This document shows positions 13,161-28,259 of a DNA stretch of 64,000 bases, one piece after another. Within the stretch, counting starts at the first letter, position 1. Each line of letters opens with the position of its first letter. Location of the stretch: the NCBI GenBank assembly GCA_013265495.1, contig MU057640.1, forward strand, positions 1,947,405-2,011,404, written 5' to 3'. Position numbers and translations under genes: made by a program. The stretch comes from Vicugna vicugna (Eukaryota). The notes below the pieces were generated by a model that saw only the letters and a program-made list of their open reading frames with translations, was not told the DNA's origin and searched no databases.

Positions 13161-14244
13161 GAAAATTTACTGAAAGTAAAGTCAGCTACAGAAAGCAAAC
13201 TACCTGGTTAAATCTGTGTATTCAAAGGCTGGGAAAAAAGGAAAACTTTCCTAGTTTTTCAATTACCAAGTGATTTTACAACTTGGAGTAATTTCTCAAA
13301 TGGCAGGAAACACTCCATCTTTAACAAAAGACACTAATACATTTTAGGAATCAACTGCTGTTTTTATAAATTCACGGGCTTTTCTACAAGTTGACAAAAT
13401 GGCTGCTTTCTTGGAACCTTCATTTGTAAACCATCTTTGGAAAATGTATCCTTAATTTACCTAGGGGACATAACAGATAAGAACTACATCTATGCAGAGC
13501 CAATTCACCTTGATACTAAACACTGAAAATAATGCTAAGAAAAGGCACAGGACATAGGTCAAAACAGATCATCCACTATTCATTAAACTTCTCCTAAAGG
13601 ACACAGAAAATAATACTAAACAATCATGTTTAATTGCAAATGTACAAATAACCTTCCTAACTTAAGGAAAACATTTTAGGAAACAAATTATAAAATTTGA
13701 AAATTTCAGTTTTAGTCATCATAACTGAATCTTGCTTACACTGGTTTTTAAAATATGTTTAAATCTTTAGGAAAGAATGACTTGAGGGCTTCAGAAACAC
13801 TCACTAAAGCATTTATCATTTTGTACATGATAAAGGTCAGAAGATAAAACAATAAGATAACCAGGAAGAACAAGCTGAAACCTTCATATACTTGATATGA
13901 ATGCTTTAGTTTTTCAATATAATCTCTCCATAGATTTATACAGCATATACGACTGTATGTATCATGTGTATATTTGTACATGTACATGTAACTGCACAAA
14001 GTTGTATACACAAAAAGCAATATATGCTGCACTTTGAGTGACTTAAAGTGTTTTTCAAGTCATTGTGTATTTTTCAATAATTCTATATTCATATTTTTGT
14101 CACGCACACTGATACTGAACCTACCCCCCAGATAAGATGTGACTCCACCATAGAATACAGCCTACCACAGTATCCCCCCAACACCAAACTACTCTCTGTC
14201 AGTTAAGGTGTTAAGTCTAAAGAAGGTTTACATGTATAACTAAA

Positions 14245-15160
14245 ATATTCATCCAGCGAATATTTATTCAGAATCTAATATAATATAAGCCAAACACAAG
14301 AGGAGACACTGGATATACACTGCCAAATAAATCAGATATGGCCTCTGTCCTCATGGAACTTACAAGGTATTGGGAGGGAGGGAACATTAGAGACAGCTAA
14401 TGAGCAAGCAAAGATATAAATGTGTTTGTCATGAGCACTATAGAAGTTACAGGACAGAATAATGGAAAACAGAACCTGTTTATGCTTATCAGGTTAGGCC
14501 TCTGAGACGACTTATAAGCCAGCCCTAAAGACCCAGGAACAGGCAGGCTTGCAAAGAGTAGGAGGGAAACGTGTCCCTTCAGAAGATACATCAAGTGCAA
14601 AGAGCCCCCTGGAGGAGCAAGCTCAGTAGGTCAAAGAAACTGAAAGGTGGCCAGTGTGACAAGAGCACAGTGGGAAAACTGCACAAACTGCCAATAAAGG
14701 GGGGACTGTCTAAGGATGATGGATTTTATTCTAAGTGCAAAAATAAATAAATAATTGAAGGATTATCAGAAAGAGGGAAGGACACGAACAGAGACTGATG
14801 TCTCTTACTTTGCGGAGAAACAGTTGTAAAAGGGCAAGAACAGAAACTAAGGTAGCAGTGCAGACAAAAAATAGCATGAATCAGGAAGTGGAAAGGAAGG
14901 CTGATACTTGTCAGAAGAAATGATAAGAATTGCTCATAAGGCGAGGAAGAGGGGGAAGGTATGAGCAACCAGATATAAGACAGTGCCATTAACTAACAGA
15001 ACAAAGACAGAGAAAGAAAACAAGTTTTTTTGGGGGGAGAGGGATGTGTTTAGTGGGGAATCAAGAACATTGTTAGACATGATGCCTGTGACACAGCCAA
15101 GAGATTATGCTGAGTAAGCAGCTGGCTGTAAGTCAGGGGCTGGGAGGCTGAGGCATATTG
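14245..15160 (-). mobile_element. L2 LINE 3' fragment
   Basis: Reverse L2 tail (ATTCATCCAGCGAATATTTATT...CTGTCCTCATGGAACTTACA) and purine-rich body. Confidence 0.7.
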
Positions 15161-16129
15161 ATCAAGGTTTTTAAACTGACTGGGAGTGTTTATAAAATAT
15201 AACAGGTCACACTCCAGATCATCTGCATCAGAATGAGCATGCACATATGCACATATTTAACATGTCCAAGTGATCCTCAAGTCAACTGGAGTCTGAGGAC
15301 CACTTACAGAAAGAGGTTTTAGTGTTACAGATCATCACCTAGGGATACAACTCTTTGGAAAAGAAAATATTATGTTGAATAACAATATGTGAAGATAATG
15401 GCTTGACTTACTTTCTAATCTCTAGTCCCACAACATTACAGAGGAAATACTGTTCTAATCAGCTCTTGCAAATGACATTTACTGACAGCCACTCTATAGG
15501 TGAATAACTTATTCTATTTCGTAAATATTTTCTTAAAAAATACCCACGAAACATCTCACAAATGAGTAAATTCAAGTTCAGAAAGGTGGAGAGTCTTGCC
15601 CAAAGGGCACACAATCAATAACAGAGCCAAGATTCAAAAATCAAGATGACATGAACCCCAGTCTGCTTTCCACCACATGAAAATGCCACAAAGCTCACGC
15701 CCACACAGCTCACCATCTGTGACATGTCATGTACACACATAATTATAGCAAGATAAAATGGGGTGAGTGCCTTAAGGAAAACAGAAGGACAATGAAAGTA
15801 AGAAGGAAAAGTTACTTCTTGATTTTCACTACTGAAAAGTTTTATAATTACAAAAGCTATATAAATTTTGTGGATATACAAAGTAGTCACAAAAGCTACA
15901 AATAGCAAAGTGTTTGAATCCTATACAAAAAGCCGTAAAACTCTTCCTAACTCAACATACCACTCTTCACAGGCTCTAGGTCTTTAAAAAAAAAAAAAAA
16001 GGTGGGGGGGTGCCTATACAACGGCCTCAAAATCCCAGCTCTGCCTAAAGTTGCAAAATAAGTCACTATGAGGACACAGGGTTTGGGATAGAGAATCTAC
16101 ACACATACTTAATGTATACTTTCGACTAC

Positions 16130-17180
16130 TGCAACACCATAATACGACTGTAGTTTCCTAAAACATTTACCAATCTTCTTTGCTAACTGCCCCTAGACTA
16201 GGATCAATCCTTGATTAAAAGCTCAGGGTCATTCTGTACTTACCTTTTCATAACAGCTCTAATGCTTGTAATAGTTCATTTTCCACAAGCTAAACTTGAA
16301 GTTCCCTGAAGGCAAAAGCTGTGTCTTGTTCATTTCTAATCATTCATTTAACATGAGTACTTATGTGCTTGACACTGATCTAGGTCCCGACAAAACAGCA
16401 GTAAACAAAAAGTCTCTGCCCTCTTGGGGCTTATATTCTAATGGGATAAGAGAAACATTAAGTAATGAATGTATATCAATTCATAATAAGTGCTAGTAAG
16501 TGAAGGAGGGTGGGAAGGCTAGGAAGTACTGGAGGAGCTGGGAAGATTCTATTCTACATAGGCTATCAAGGGAAGCCCCACATACAACTGAAACCTGAAA
16601 TAAGTAGAATATGTAAGTCACACAGACATCTGGAAGAGAGGAGTCATCCAGACAAAGGGGGGAAGCAAGTGCAAAAGCCCTGAGGCAAGAAAACAGTTAC
16701 TGTGCACAAAAAATATCGTAAGAAGGCAAGTGTGTGTTTGGGGTTGGAGGAGGATGGACACATGGGAGGAGAGGCTCTGAAGAATGCTATGATCTGACTT
16801 AAATTTTAAAAAATCACTCAGACATCTTTACGGAGAATAGAGAATAAAAAAAAAAAAAGTGAAAGCAGTGAACCTCATTACAACACTGCAGTAACCCAGG
16901 AGAGAAATAATGTTGCCTTAAACCAAGGGAGTGGTGGTGTTGACTAGCTGGATTCTAGTTAGGTTTTGAAGATAGAATCCACAAGATTTGTCTATGAACT
17001 GGATATGAAGAGAAAGAGAAGAATCAAGGAGAGCTTTTTAAAAATTTAGGAAAAGTTGAGTTGCCATTAACTTAAACAAGAAAGTCAGAGAAGCAATTTC
17101 ATTTTCCTAGGACCCAGCAAAATGCCCCGCATATAGTAGACACTCAAAAATTTATTTGCAGATTAAATTTAACTGAATAA
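16130..17180. mobile_element. Plus-strand L2 3' end interrupted by a minus-strand L2 (about 16340-17090)
   Basis: L2 tail TGTGTCTTGTTCA stops at about 16335 and resumes at about 17100 (CATATAGTAGACACTCAAAAATTTATT); reverse L2 lies between. Confidence 0.6.
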
Positions 17181-18764
17181 ACTCCCAAAATGAAGCAGTA
17201 AACTCAATGTATTGCTTTCTATTTGCTTTAAATTTCCTTCAGTAACGTTTGTTAATTACACAAAGAGCCCTAACCCACTAACACAGGTCTGGTGCTAACA
17301 TGGGAGCCTTACACTGGAACACAGCGACAAATCCTGACATCTCAAGATCCAGCTTCAGTTTTAAATTTACAATTCTCTTGGATATAAAAGAAATCTGCTA
17401 TGAAAAGCTCTGTGACAGTCTGAGGATTCTTACACCCAAAGTAATTAACCTGTACATTAAATGATGTCATATTCCTGGAAGATAAAGAAGTGCAAATAGA
17501 ACTAACTTCCTGGGTCAGAATTAACTGAAAATGATGACACTTCGTGATAAATTTTCCAAAAGGGACAAGACTGAGCAAGTCCCCTAAAAAAATAAGCCAT
17601 CAGTCATCAGCACGTTTTTTTAAATGCCTTTTTAACCTCAAGCAGCAAGTCCTTCCCAAACAATTTCAAAGAAAAATTTAAATTTGCTTGAGGATGTGAC
17701 ATTTACAACATCCTCCCCCACTTTTTCTGCCAATCAGTAAAAATGAGCATCACTTGGGAAAGAACTGAGTATCCTCACCTTTGGCACTCCTTGTAGTCAT
17801 ACTCCCAGATTTTCTAGTCCAGTCCCCTTACTACAGCTTCACGAAGAACCACAAAGTTGGCAGAAATATATTTAAAAGCATTCTCCTAAAACAGAAAGTT
17901 ACCAAGCCTTCCTCCCTTCCAGTTACTTTAAAATTTTAACTGACGCTTCCGTATCACCTCTTCCACATCAGTCTCCCTAGCGCCCCACCCTAACCTAACG
18001 TGTTTTTAAAAAGAAAATGTGCTCGTAACTTTCAGTGAAAATACAGCTTAAAAACTGGATCATTTTGAGAAGCTGACCGCACTAAATTCAGCAACAGGCA
18101 GTACTTTCTTCTTTCCTATCAGTAAAAGGCCTTGAACCAACCCAAACAAATCTACTGAAATGCCAGCCAGATTCCCCGTATCTCCCCCGCTCCCTCCCCT
18201 AAAAGCTGGCCTGGAAATAACAGCCATTGACCACAGAGCCAAACCGAAAAGAACCAGTGGTAAGCAAAAACAGGATTTTGAGAGGCAGGAAGGGTGAGAG
18301 CCAGATTTTCAACCGCCGCGTCTGAGCGAGTTAAGAGAGCCCGGACGCCCCACAAATGCATTCCGAACGGAGCGGCACACATTCTTCGCCCGCTCCAAGG
18401 GCTCGGCGCGCGGATTAGAAGCGAGGTGGAGGGAGGGTACTCCCGGGAGAGGAGGGGCGAGAACAGCCTCGGGGGAAGGGAGTGTCCCAGGGGTGCCCGA
18501 CGCCCGAGGAACCGAACGCAAATAAGCACGCGCGCCAGGGATGGATGCGGCGGCCCCTTCCAGCAAAATGTTCGGCGCCCACCACCAAACGCGGAGGCAG
18601 GGAGCCCCACTCGGGCTCTACCCAGCCGGGTAGAAAGGCTGGGAGGGTAGGGGCTCAGGACCCCCTGAAAAGGAGTCCTAGGAAGCTACTATTTCCCAGT
18701 AAACGGGCTGCGCGCCCGGGGGCGGGAAGTGGGGGCTGCTGCCGATCCGTTTCTCCCGTCATCA

Positions 18765-19229
<465 letters not shown>

Positions 19230-19415
19230 CTATCCCCCTCCGGAGCTCCCGGAGAGCGGGCCGGAGCTTCGGCGGTCGCTAGGGCTGCTGCAGCAGGAGG
19301 AGGAGGAGGAGGAGGCAGCGAACGAGGAGGAGGAGACCGAGGAGGAGGCGGCGAGCGGCGGGGCGGAGGAGAGCGCAGAAGAGGAGGGGACCGGCCTCCG
19401 GAGCGCCGCCGCCAT
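19230..19415 (-). other. Candidate upstream ORF, 61 aa, Ser-rich (MAAALRRPVPSSS...GSSGGG)
   Basis: ATG at 19415-19413 in context GACAAGATGG; TAG at 19232-19230; same frame as the PCNX1 ATG (282 nt apart). Requires a TSS upstream of 19415. Confidence 0.5.
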
Positions 19416-19418
19416 CTT
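19409..19418 (+). promoter_or_regulatory. YY1-type motif CCGCCATCTT
   Basis: Exact match to the established CCGCCATNTT consensus, in a CpG island. Confidence 0.7.
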
Positions 19419-20447
19419 GTCTCCTAACACCCGGGGCCGGCGCCAAGCCCCCGCCACCCGCGGCCCGCCAGCGCCGCCGCCGCTGCCTCCGCGACCCCCG
19501 CCGGCCGCCAGCCCTGGGCCCGGCGGAGGAGGAGGCCCGGCGCCCAGCAGGGATCGGGAGTTGGCCGCGCCCCCTCCGACTCCTCCTCTCCTCTTCCTCC
19601 GCCCCCTGGGCTGGCTCCCCGCGGGTGCGCGCAGCACCTTGACTGCCGCGGGCGCCTCCTGCCGGCGCCCGGGGGGAGAGCGCGCGGACGCGGGCCCGGG
19701 TCCGGGGGCGGGGCTCCAAGGTTCCGGGGGCCGGGAGGCGGGGCTCTGGGAGACCCCTTCCCACTCCCGGTACGCGAACCTCGCCAGTTCCTTGGCCAGT
19801 CCCCAAACGGGGTCTTCTGCTCCCCGAAACGTCGTGTTTAGAACCCTGTCAGCACCGTGGACGTTTTATGATATCTATTAAAGACCTAGCAACAATGAGG
19901 CTAATATCTGAGATGCTCATTGAAGGCCCGAATTAGGTACAGTTGATGATGGAAAATCCCAAAGGCACCCACTATGAGCAAGAACTATGTTGGCCCATGG
20001 AGTGAGCTGGAGGCCCTTAACTGAGAAAAATAGCCGTGGCCAGAACTGGAAGGATTTATTACTTCCCAAGACAGGTAAATTAATAGAAATTACAAGAGAT
20101 GTAAAAGTATGGGGCAGACGAATTGATCATTGTACACGGTGATTTTATTTTTTTAACGTGCTGTAACTTGTAGCTATTGTTATTAACGGGCCAATCTAAA
20201 CAGGGTTGAAAGATTAACTGTGACTCCACCCCAAGTCACAATAGGGTCTTGTACTTCTCTTTTTATAGCTGTGAAGACTGGGAGCCATTCTTGGCTCTGT
20301 GTAATATTTATAAGGCATGTCTGATTTCATTGAATGAAATATACGTTTTTAAAAAGAGTTTGAACTTTGAGCTTATGATAGCAATAAAAGTACTCTGTAT
20401 TCCTGGATTAAAGTTGCTGTAATTAATGTGAAAAGCAAGAGAGCCAA

Positions 20448-20448
<1 letters not shown>

Positions 20449-20481
<33 letters not shown>
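20449..20481 (+). repeat. (AAC)11 microsatellite
   Basis: Read directly. Confidence 0.95.
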
Positions 20482-20483
<2 letters not shown>

Positions 20484-20848
20484 ACAAAACCCAACGTTTG
20501 AAGGAGTGTATTGAAAAACCATTGCAATACTTCCCAGAGTCATACAACTTTACAGTTCAAATATGTTCACACTCATTTCATTTGATCTTTGTAATACTCC
20601 GGTAAGGGCAGCATGGAGGCTATCCTTATTTTATGAATTAGGAAACCCAAGCTCAAAGAACCTGATTGCCCAAGCTCTCATGAGTAATAAGTGGTCGAGA
20701 GTCTTCTGGAACCAGCAGTCATCCTGTGTGGACTGAACTTTGAAAGTTTATTTCTCAGCACTCTCCCACCTTATCCATTCAGATAAAAGTTTAAACTGGT
20801 TAACAGCTGCTCAACCTCTGGTCACCTGTGGCCTATTAAACATATGAC

Positions 20849-21020
20849 CAGTTGTTCTCAAAGTGTAATCCCAGGACCAGCTGTGTCAACATCCCCTAAG
20901 AAATGTCAGAAATGCAAATTCTCAGGTATCACTCCAGAGAAGCTCTGGGCATGAGACCTAGCTATCTGCTTTAACAAACCCTGCAGAAGATTCTAATATA
21001 CCCTAAAAGTTGAAACTGCC
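20849..21020 (+). mobile_element. MER5A-like hAT-Charlie element
   Basis: GTTCTCAAAGTGT...AGAAATGCAAATTCTCAGG...TTTAACAAACCC. Confidence 0.75.
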
Positions 21021-24000
21021 TTTGTAGAACACCATCCCCACCCTTGATTTGTTCGTTTCCTTATAAGCACAAAGCCATCGAGTTCCAAAAACATGCCTTG
21101 AAATTGAAAGGGGAATGAACGCTGGCCAAAATATACTTTAAATATATTAGTATGTCTAAAGTAAAATTAAAGTAAATGATGCAATTTTACAATTAAAATA
21201 GTGGCCTTGAGGCTTGGTCACAGACACAAGGTATTGTCAAGTGTTCATTTGTTTCTGCCAAAGGAGACAGGAAAGCTCTCTGAGCAGGTTTTGGAAGTGA
21301 TCCCAAGCCTTTCCAACACAAAGAAAGATGTAAACAAGGATAAAATTCCAACACCGCATTAGTTTCCACATCAGCAAATATCTGCTGTAGTTTAATGTAA
21401 AAAGGATTAACTGTAATATGGGTGAGGTGGACTGGAAGAAGGGGAGACCAGAACTAGATACATCCATGGAATTGGCGGCAGACCCAGCTGGCTTGATGGG
21501 CGAGAGGCCAGAAGACAGTATTTGGAGGATACATAACCGGCAGCAGCCAGGAAGGCAGCCAGCGTCAGGCCAGTTCAACACAGCGAATGTGAGTGTGATA
21601 AACCAATGGGCAGCTGGAATGCAGCCTTGGGAAATCCAGAAGCAGACAAAATTGGGAACTCATGGCAAGCATTAAGACAATGTGTTGCTGATAGCAAGGT
21701 CCCAGCCTCAGTGCTCTTTTAGGTCTAGATTCCTCTCCCTTTGGGGAACTGATGGAAACAAATAGAATTCGGGTCCTTGAGCAAGTACTGGGCAAGTTTG
21801 GAGGGCAAGGACTTGGGTTCAGTGCAACGAGATGAGTATCCAAAGGCCAGATCTGGCAGGCGGAAGGAGACTTAGAAAGAAAGGAAGAGCTTAACACCTA
21901 CAACTGAGACCGCAGTTCACACTTATCATGGTTGCCTTATGTTGATGTCCCAGAGTGTTAATGTGGAACTCTCATTCCCCTCCACTATGGCTGGGGTTGA
22001 TCCGAGAGCCTAGAAATGGGAGTCCCATGGCACCAGCCACTGAGTAAAATAGGGTCAGCAGGATGAGAAGGTAGAAAAGACAGTTATAGACCACATCTTT
22101 CATCTCTGGATTGGTAAAAGCATTTTAGAAAAATGTTAATTAACTGACTTAGGGAGTTAGCCATTCAAAGAATTCAGTGAAATGGATGACCTTTCCCAGA
22201 GACTCAGTCTCTGGGATGGGGGTGGGAGGGGAGAGAATCCTACAGTGCTTTTTATATGTAGCTCTCAAAATGTTTATGAATGTTGCCACAACAAGCTTCC
22301 TATTTTACAAATGGGAAGCCAAGGCACAGAGAGGTAACGTACCCTATCATACATGTAAGAGCAGGACAAAAACTAAGGAGTCCAATTCACTAAGTGTTAA
22401 CCCTCTTAGCCATGCATAAAAGCCATTAATAATGTGACACTTAACATGTCAAAGTTGGCAGCAAGGACATATTGCCAAACTACCCCCAGCATTTGCTTGT
22501 CTTTCAGCTAATTCTATTAGAATTATACTTCCTAACTAGTTCCTATGCCCCTTGAGGACTGGAGATGCTTTGACAGCAGATGGTCTCTCCTGCCCAAAAG
22601 GGGCAAAGCTGAGCGTGCAAAACCTTCTAATAATCCCCCACCCAAGCCCACCTCGGAGCAGAGGCATACATACCACAGCTCTGGTCAGTTTATGCAGCAG
22701 CCATGATCTGCTGAAACACCATAGCCACATGTGCTGCCAACAGTCTAGATGTAGCAGGTGTCCATGTCTTCCTTACACACTTGCCCCCCAGACCAGCCTT
22801 TCTTATTTGTTTCTCTTGGTGAAACCAGCTTTTTCCCACTTGCCCAGATTTGGAACCACATATACTCTCCCCCATGTCTAATTTCCTACAGACAACGCAG
22901 TCCTTTCCTTTCTCTTGCTCAGTCCTTCCTTTACATTTGCCAGATCAGTCACTCTGGTGGATACACTCATAAACTCAGACCAAATAGGCTCCTACTGCCT
23001 CCAATCTCTCTTCAAAACCATTCTGCATTCCATCAACAAATTTATTCCCCTAATCCACTTTTCCCATGCCCTCCTCTTCTCAGAAGCTTTCAGTTTCCTT
23101 CTGGTGCCCACAGTTCTAAAGACACACTCCTTAGCCAAGCATTCAAGGTCCCCCACAACCTGAATCACTATTTTCTCTAACTTAGCTCCTGTTATTCATC
23201 AACAGGAAACATTTTAACATAAATAGCAGCCTACTCATTTATTCACTTTTATTTATCAGCCCCTGGATTTATCAATTTCTGCCTCTATGCTCTCACTGAT
23301 GCCATTTGCCTTACCTACAAAACCTTACTCCCCCATCTGCCTACTAAAATTCATTCTATTTCAAACCCATTCATCTATTTTTTGAATAGTTTAGAGTACT
23401 GCTATGTTCCATTAATTTAGCACTTAAATGTGGACTACTTTATATCCCATCTAAACTGTATGTTCCTTGAGGGCAAGACACTTCTCAGTCTGTCACACAA
23501 TGCCCAGTAGCAAGCTGTTAAGATCAATTGACACTCAGTCAACTTAACGTGAATCAATACGATACAGAAAACGATGACTTTTCGCTTAAAGATTTTCATC
23601 TGTTTTAGCTTTCAGCTGGTAACTCTTCAACAGTCAAAGGCATTTCACCAGCTTAGAAGAAATACGGAATATACCACTCAATGTCCCATCAGGGAAGTAA
23701 AAGTCAAAGGGCGGCTGAGGAGGGGTGGGGGGACTTCCCAAGTCTTCCATAATATAATTATAAAATACCAGTATCTGGTTCTGGAGCTAAGTAAGTAAAA
23801 TAAGAGCAGCTCATCTTTCTTGGAAATCTCATCTCAGTCTACTCTGTTCCTTTTTTTAAATGTCAGTTTCATATGATGAGTACTTTAGAACATGTTTTAA
23901 TTGACACTAACTAGTTCAGTAATTCTCACTATAGTTTTGTGTCACTGAGAGTATCTTCTGTTGTATATTAAAAAAAAAAAACAAAACCCAATTCACTTTT

Positions 24001-25971
24001 CTTAAACTCACACACAACACTTTCGGGGTAGGACAATGAAATGAAAGGGTAACTATATAGGATATTGCAAAATTCCCCAGATGCTGGGAATCGCTGAATT
24101 ATAAACAACATACCCATGCATTGTTTCCCATCTCTTGACATTAAAGGATTCTTCTATGTTAGATGTCCCTTGTGTTTTAGCTCTACCATATTAAGGAGCT
24201 TGTTACCATCCCGATTCAGCCAGGGTAGCATAATTCCGGCAGGATGTATTGGGCCAACTGATGTAGCTGAGTGATTCCCCAAAAATCTCACCTGATTAGT
24301 AGTTACCAGTGTCGTCTAGAGCATCTGCCCGTAGTTAGGCAGAAATGAGAGAGGTGTCACTTCTGGAGGCTGGATGTCCGGCTCCCCTGGAAAGGAGCAC
24401 TAAAAAAATTCCTTGGTGGGAAGTAATGTCAGGTAGTGGAAAGATCATGGGGTATGGAATCAAATAAACCTGTGTTTCAATCGAGAGTCTTCTACTTTCT
24501 AAATTAGTCCTAGCCCCAAGTCAAGAAATCCGAGCAGAATTCAAGAATCCTGGGGAATTCAGCGTTGCTGTCTCATTGCATTTAGTTCCTAGTGCTGCAG
24601 CTTTTTCCTAATGGCAAAAATGAACATCCTAGTGATGTAATAAAAACATCTTTCCCTTGGAGATTTGTCACATATTTCTTTATGGAAATTTTGACAGCAC
24701 ATGGCAACGTATTTCTTGCTAGTTTTGTTTGTTCGCTTGGTTTGGTTTGGGTTGGGTTTGGGTTTTGATTTTCAGTTTTGCTTTGCTTACTGTCTCTGGG
24801 ATTCAGTAGCTGTTAATATACATAACCATTTTCTAATTATGCATAAAGATATTTTGTATATATGTCCTAGGGGAGTGATATAGTCAAGATAAAAATCTCT
24901 CAAATAAATAAGGAGGGAATCACAATGCAAAGTATAACCTCCCTGTTTCCCTAGTTTTCTCACTCTCTCTGTTTCCATCTTTTGAACTCATTATGCTCTC
25001 AAGTCCTGTGACAAGTGTTTTTCTATGCCTAGTCCATGAACCACCCAAATCATAATCTTCTGTTAAAAACACAGACTTCCAAGTTATGGCATGTCTGTTC
25101 ATAGGGTATTGAAAAACTCTTCCACTATTGGGAATCCCTGAATTAGAGAATTAATAGAAACACTCATTGTTTTCCATCTTTTAGTATTAAAAAAATAGAA
25201 TTCCAAGAAGCTAATAGAATATTGAATTAGCTTTTAACAAATGGATATGGATTGATCTTTAATGTATGTGGTTAAGTGCAATAAAAAGGTGTAGAACAGA
25301 GTATTTGCTATGGTTTTACACACACACACACACACATATACACACATATGGTATAGGATTATGGTATTGAATGGCCCTAATAGGACATCTGAGAAAATGG
25401 CAGCAGAAGTTACCACAGAAGTGAGTGAAGGACAGACTTGCTTTTCCTTGCATGTCTTTTGTACTCTGTGAATTTTATATCACACATGTATTATCCATTT
25501 TTAAAAAGCAATTAATAATGTGGAAAAATAATGCAGAGCCCTCAGCTCCACTCAAGACTTACTAAATTGAAGTCTCTGACATGGGGCCCAGAGATCTGCA
25601 TCTTTGTTAAGCTCCCTATTCTTCTGCAAACTGGTATTGAGAACCACTGTTTCTGACGTTTCTTTTTTAAAAATGCTTCCCTCTTTTCTTTCTCCTGAAC
25701 CCTCTACTGCCACGATCACAACCACTTCTCCCCACCTCACTTCCTTATCTAGTTTAAATCTCTTGGTTCTGCAATTCAGTCATTCCAATGGCTAGTGCTT
25801 TTTCAGTCCTTTACCTACCACCCTTGCCATTAACCAAAATCATGATGCTGGACCTATCTGCCTTTTCTGCCCCTAGCACAGACACTAAGTTTCCAAGTGC
25901 TAAATCAGCTGCTACCTGGATTCTTACTAGCAATTCTTTGGTTCTTATTCAATACCTGTTGCATCCTTCTT

Positions 25972-26113
25972 TTTTTTCTTTTAATTGAAGTACAGTTGAT
26001 TTACAATGTTGTGTTAGTTTCTGGTACACAGCATATTGATTCAGTTATACATATATATTCTTTTTCATATACTTTATCATTAAGGGTTATTACAAGATAC
26101 TGAATATAGTCCA
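25972..26113 (-). mobile_element. Short lineage-type L1 3' end, inserted in L2-like sequence
   Basis: Poly(T), TTGAAGTACAGTTGATTTACAATGTTGTGTTAG; TSD GCATCCTTCTT/GCATCCCTCTT. Confidence 0.85.
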
Positions 26114-27659
26114 GCATCCCTCTTAACAACTTTAAAAATCTCACCAGTATTCTCAAGATGTCTATACCACTCCCATTCCCAGAGCACAAAGAAAATAGAA
26201 GATATTGGACTGTAATCTCTCAATTTCCTGCCCTCCTTCTTCTAAATTTATCTACACATACACGCATCTTCTTTTTTCCTTGTCTTAGTGGAATAGACGT
26301 CGTTCTGTGTGAGGAAACTATTCCACTTGTGCTCTGGACCCCATCTCCTACAGTCTCTGACCCATACTGTTCATTAAGCTTGGTCCCTCAGGCTCCACAA
26401 GCATCCTCTCTCTGCTGGCACTCTCATCCCTAAGCCTTCTGTCCACTCCAGCTTCCACTCTCATTCTCCTCTCCTTCACAGCCAGGTTTCTTAATGGTGA
26501 AACAATGTTCCTCCCCTGCCTTGAACTTAACTCTCACCTCTGCTCTTGCCCAAATCACCAGTGATCTCCTGGTTGTGAAGTCCAGCAGGCACTTTTCAGT
26601 CCCCATCTTAGGTCATATATTTTGCTTCTAGGTCATTGCTCTCTTCCTGGTTTCCTCTTACTTCCCTGATCATCCTAGACTCAAGCATCCTTTATGGAGA
26701 TCTCATCTCCCTTCTACTCCTCAAAAGGTTGCCAGTGGGTTAATAAAGGAAAAGAAACTTCCTATCATCCACTTCCAGGATTCTCCTTCATCCAGAAGAT
26801 GCTAAAGCCTCCCAGCCTGAATCCTGTGGTGACCCTCACTTGTGGGAACTACCAGAAAAATAAAACAAACTCCACATGAGGGGTGATCGGAAATACGACA
26901 CCTCAGAAGCATATGTGAAAATCACAGAAAAACACGCTCTGCTCCAATTATTACAGCCTTCATCTAAGGTGGCTTTGTCCATTTTGTTTATTTTATTTAT
27001 TTATTTACTTTGGTGGGAGAAGGAAGGATTTACTATTATTTGCTGAAAGTAATTTGAACACCTGGGATCTTACCCAAAGCAGTGTCTCCGATTTTGTTTA
27101 TTTCTAATCCTTCACTCCCAATAGCCTCAGGTTTACTAGGAATTCTTAAACTTCCTAATCCCTAATTTATGAAGATCTTTTGCTAAGCATTTATTTATTT
27201 ATGTATTAGCCTTCAGGCTTGTCTTTTGAAAACCTGACATTAACTTTTGGCAGTTTGCTTGACCACAGCCTCTCTGCCATCCTGCTTCCAAGTGGCCTTC
27301 GGGGCTGTATGTAGTTTTTTCATCACAAAAGTAATACATTCACATACTTTACCTGAGAAAATATTAAAAAAAAAAAAAAGAGCTAAAACTTACCCAGTAG
27401 GCCCCCTACCCAGTCACAAGCACTGTGCATGTTGGTAGCTTTCAGCTCAGCGTCTCCTACCCTTCCCCCCAACTTATTTCTGTACCATATTCTAATTGGA
27501 GTTCAGAGCTTGATTTGGAAAGTTTTTATGTCAACACATGCCATGGGCCTTGGCAGTTTGCTAAGTCTGAGGAACTTCAGGAGGCTTTTTTTTTTTCTTT
27601 CTTTCTGTCTTACCCATGTGTTTCACTTTGATTCTTGGAAACATATGCCTCTGTGCAAT

Positions 27660-28090
27660 CCGAGTATTAGCCTACGGCTTTGAGTAGCAGAAAATTCAAT
27701 TCAAACTCCCATAAACAATGAGGAAAAGTATTGCTTCATACAACTGCAAGTCCAGGAGGCAGGGCAGGCTTCAGGGGCAGTTTAATTTAGTGGCTCTGGA
27801 TCTATTTTCTTGCAATACCCTGAGATGACCTCTCTATGTGTTGGCTTTGACCTTGGGCTGCTTCCTTCACAAATGAAAAGCAGCTGCAGCAGCTGTTAGT
27901 TTCACATAGAAATGCCATCGACTTGGGCGAAGTTCATCTAAGAGCAAGGAAACTTCTTTCCCAGGAGACTCTAGCATTCTTGAGTCAACTCTTATTCTCA
28001 GGGCAATGCCACGCACTGCCTTTGGCCATAGTTCCTGAGCCAATTACCAGCCGTGAGAATGGAATTATCCTTAGACCAGGCAGTTCCAGA
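27660..28090 (-). mobile_element. Old MaLR (MLT1J/K-like) LTR
   Basis: AGCAGAAAATTCAATTCAAACT...AAGTCCAGGAGGCAGGGCAGGCTTCAGG pattern. Confidence 0.6.
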
Positions 28091-28259
28091 TGTGGCCTGA
28101 GACATGGGATATATTGGGAGGGGTAGAGGCCTAAATAAAACTAGACTGTGTTGAGGATCAAAGAGGAGGAATAGAGATTGAACAGAAAGACAAGCATACA
28201 TGGCTTTAGAAACTTGGCTTTTAACTTATTAATAAAATTTGATTTATTTACAATTTTTG

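Noticed and set aside
20065..20080. CAG/GTAAAT donor-like site on + that might indicate a divergent lncRNA
   Set aside because: An isolated motif with no supportable acceptor or transcript evidence.
21418..21897. Cluster of 85-114 aa ORFs upstream of the promoter
   Set aside because: No recognisable domain or exon structure; lengths are consistent with chance.
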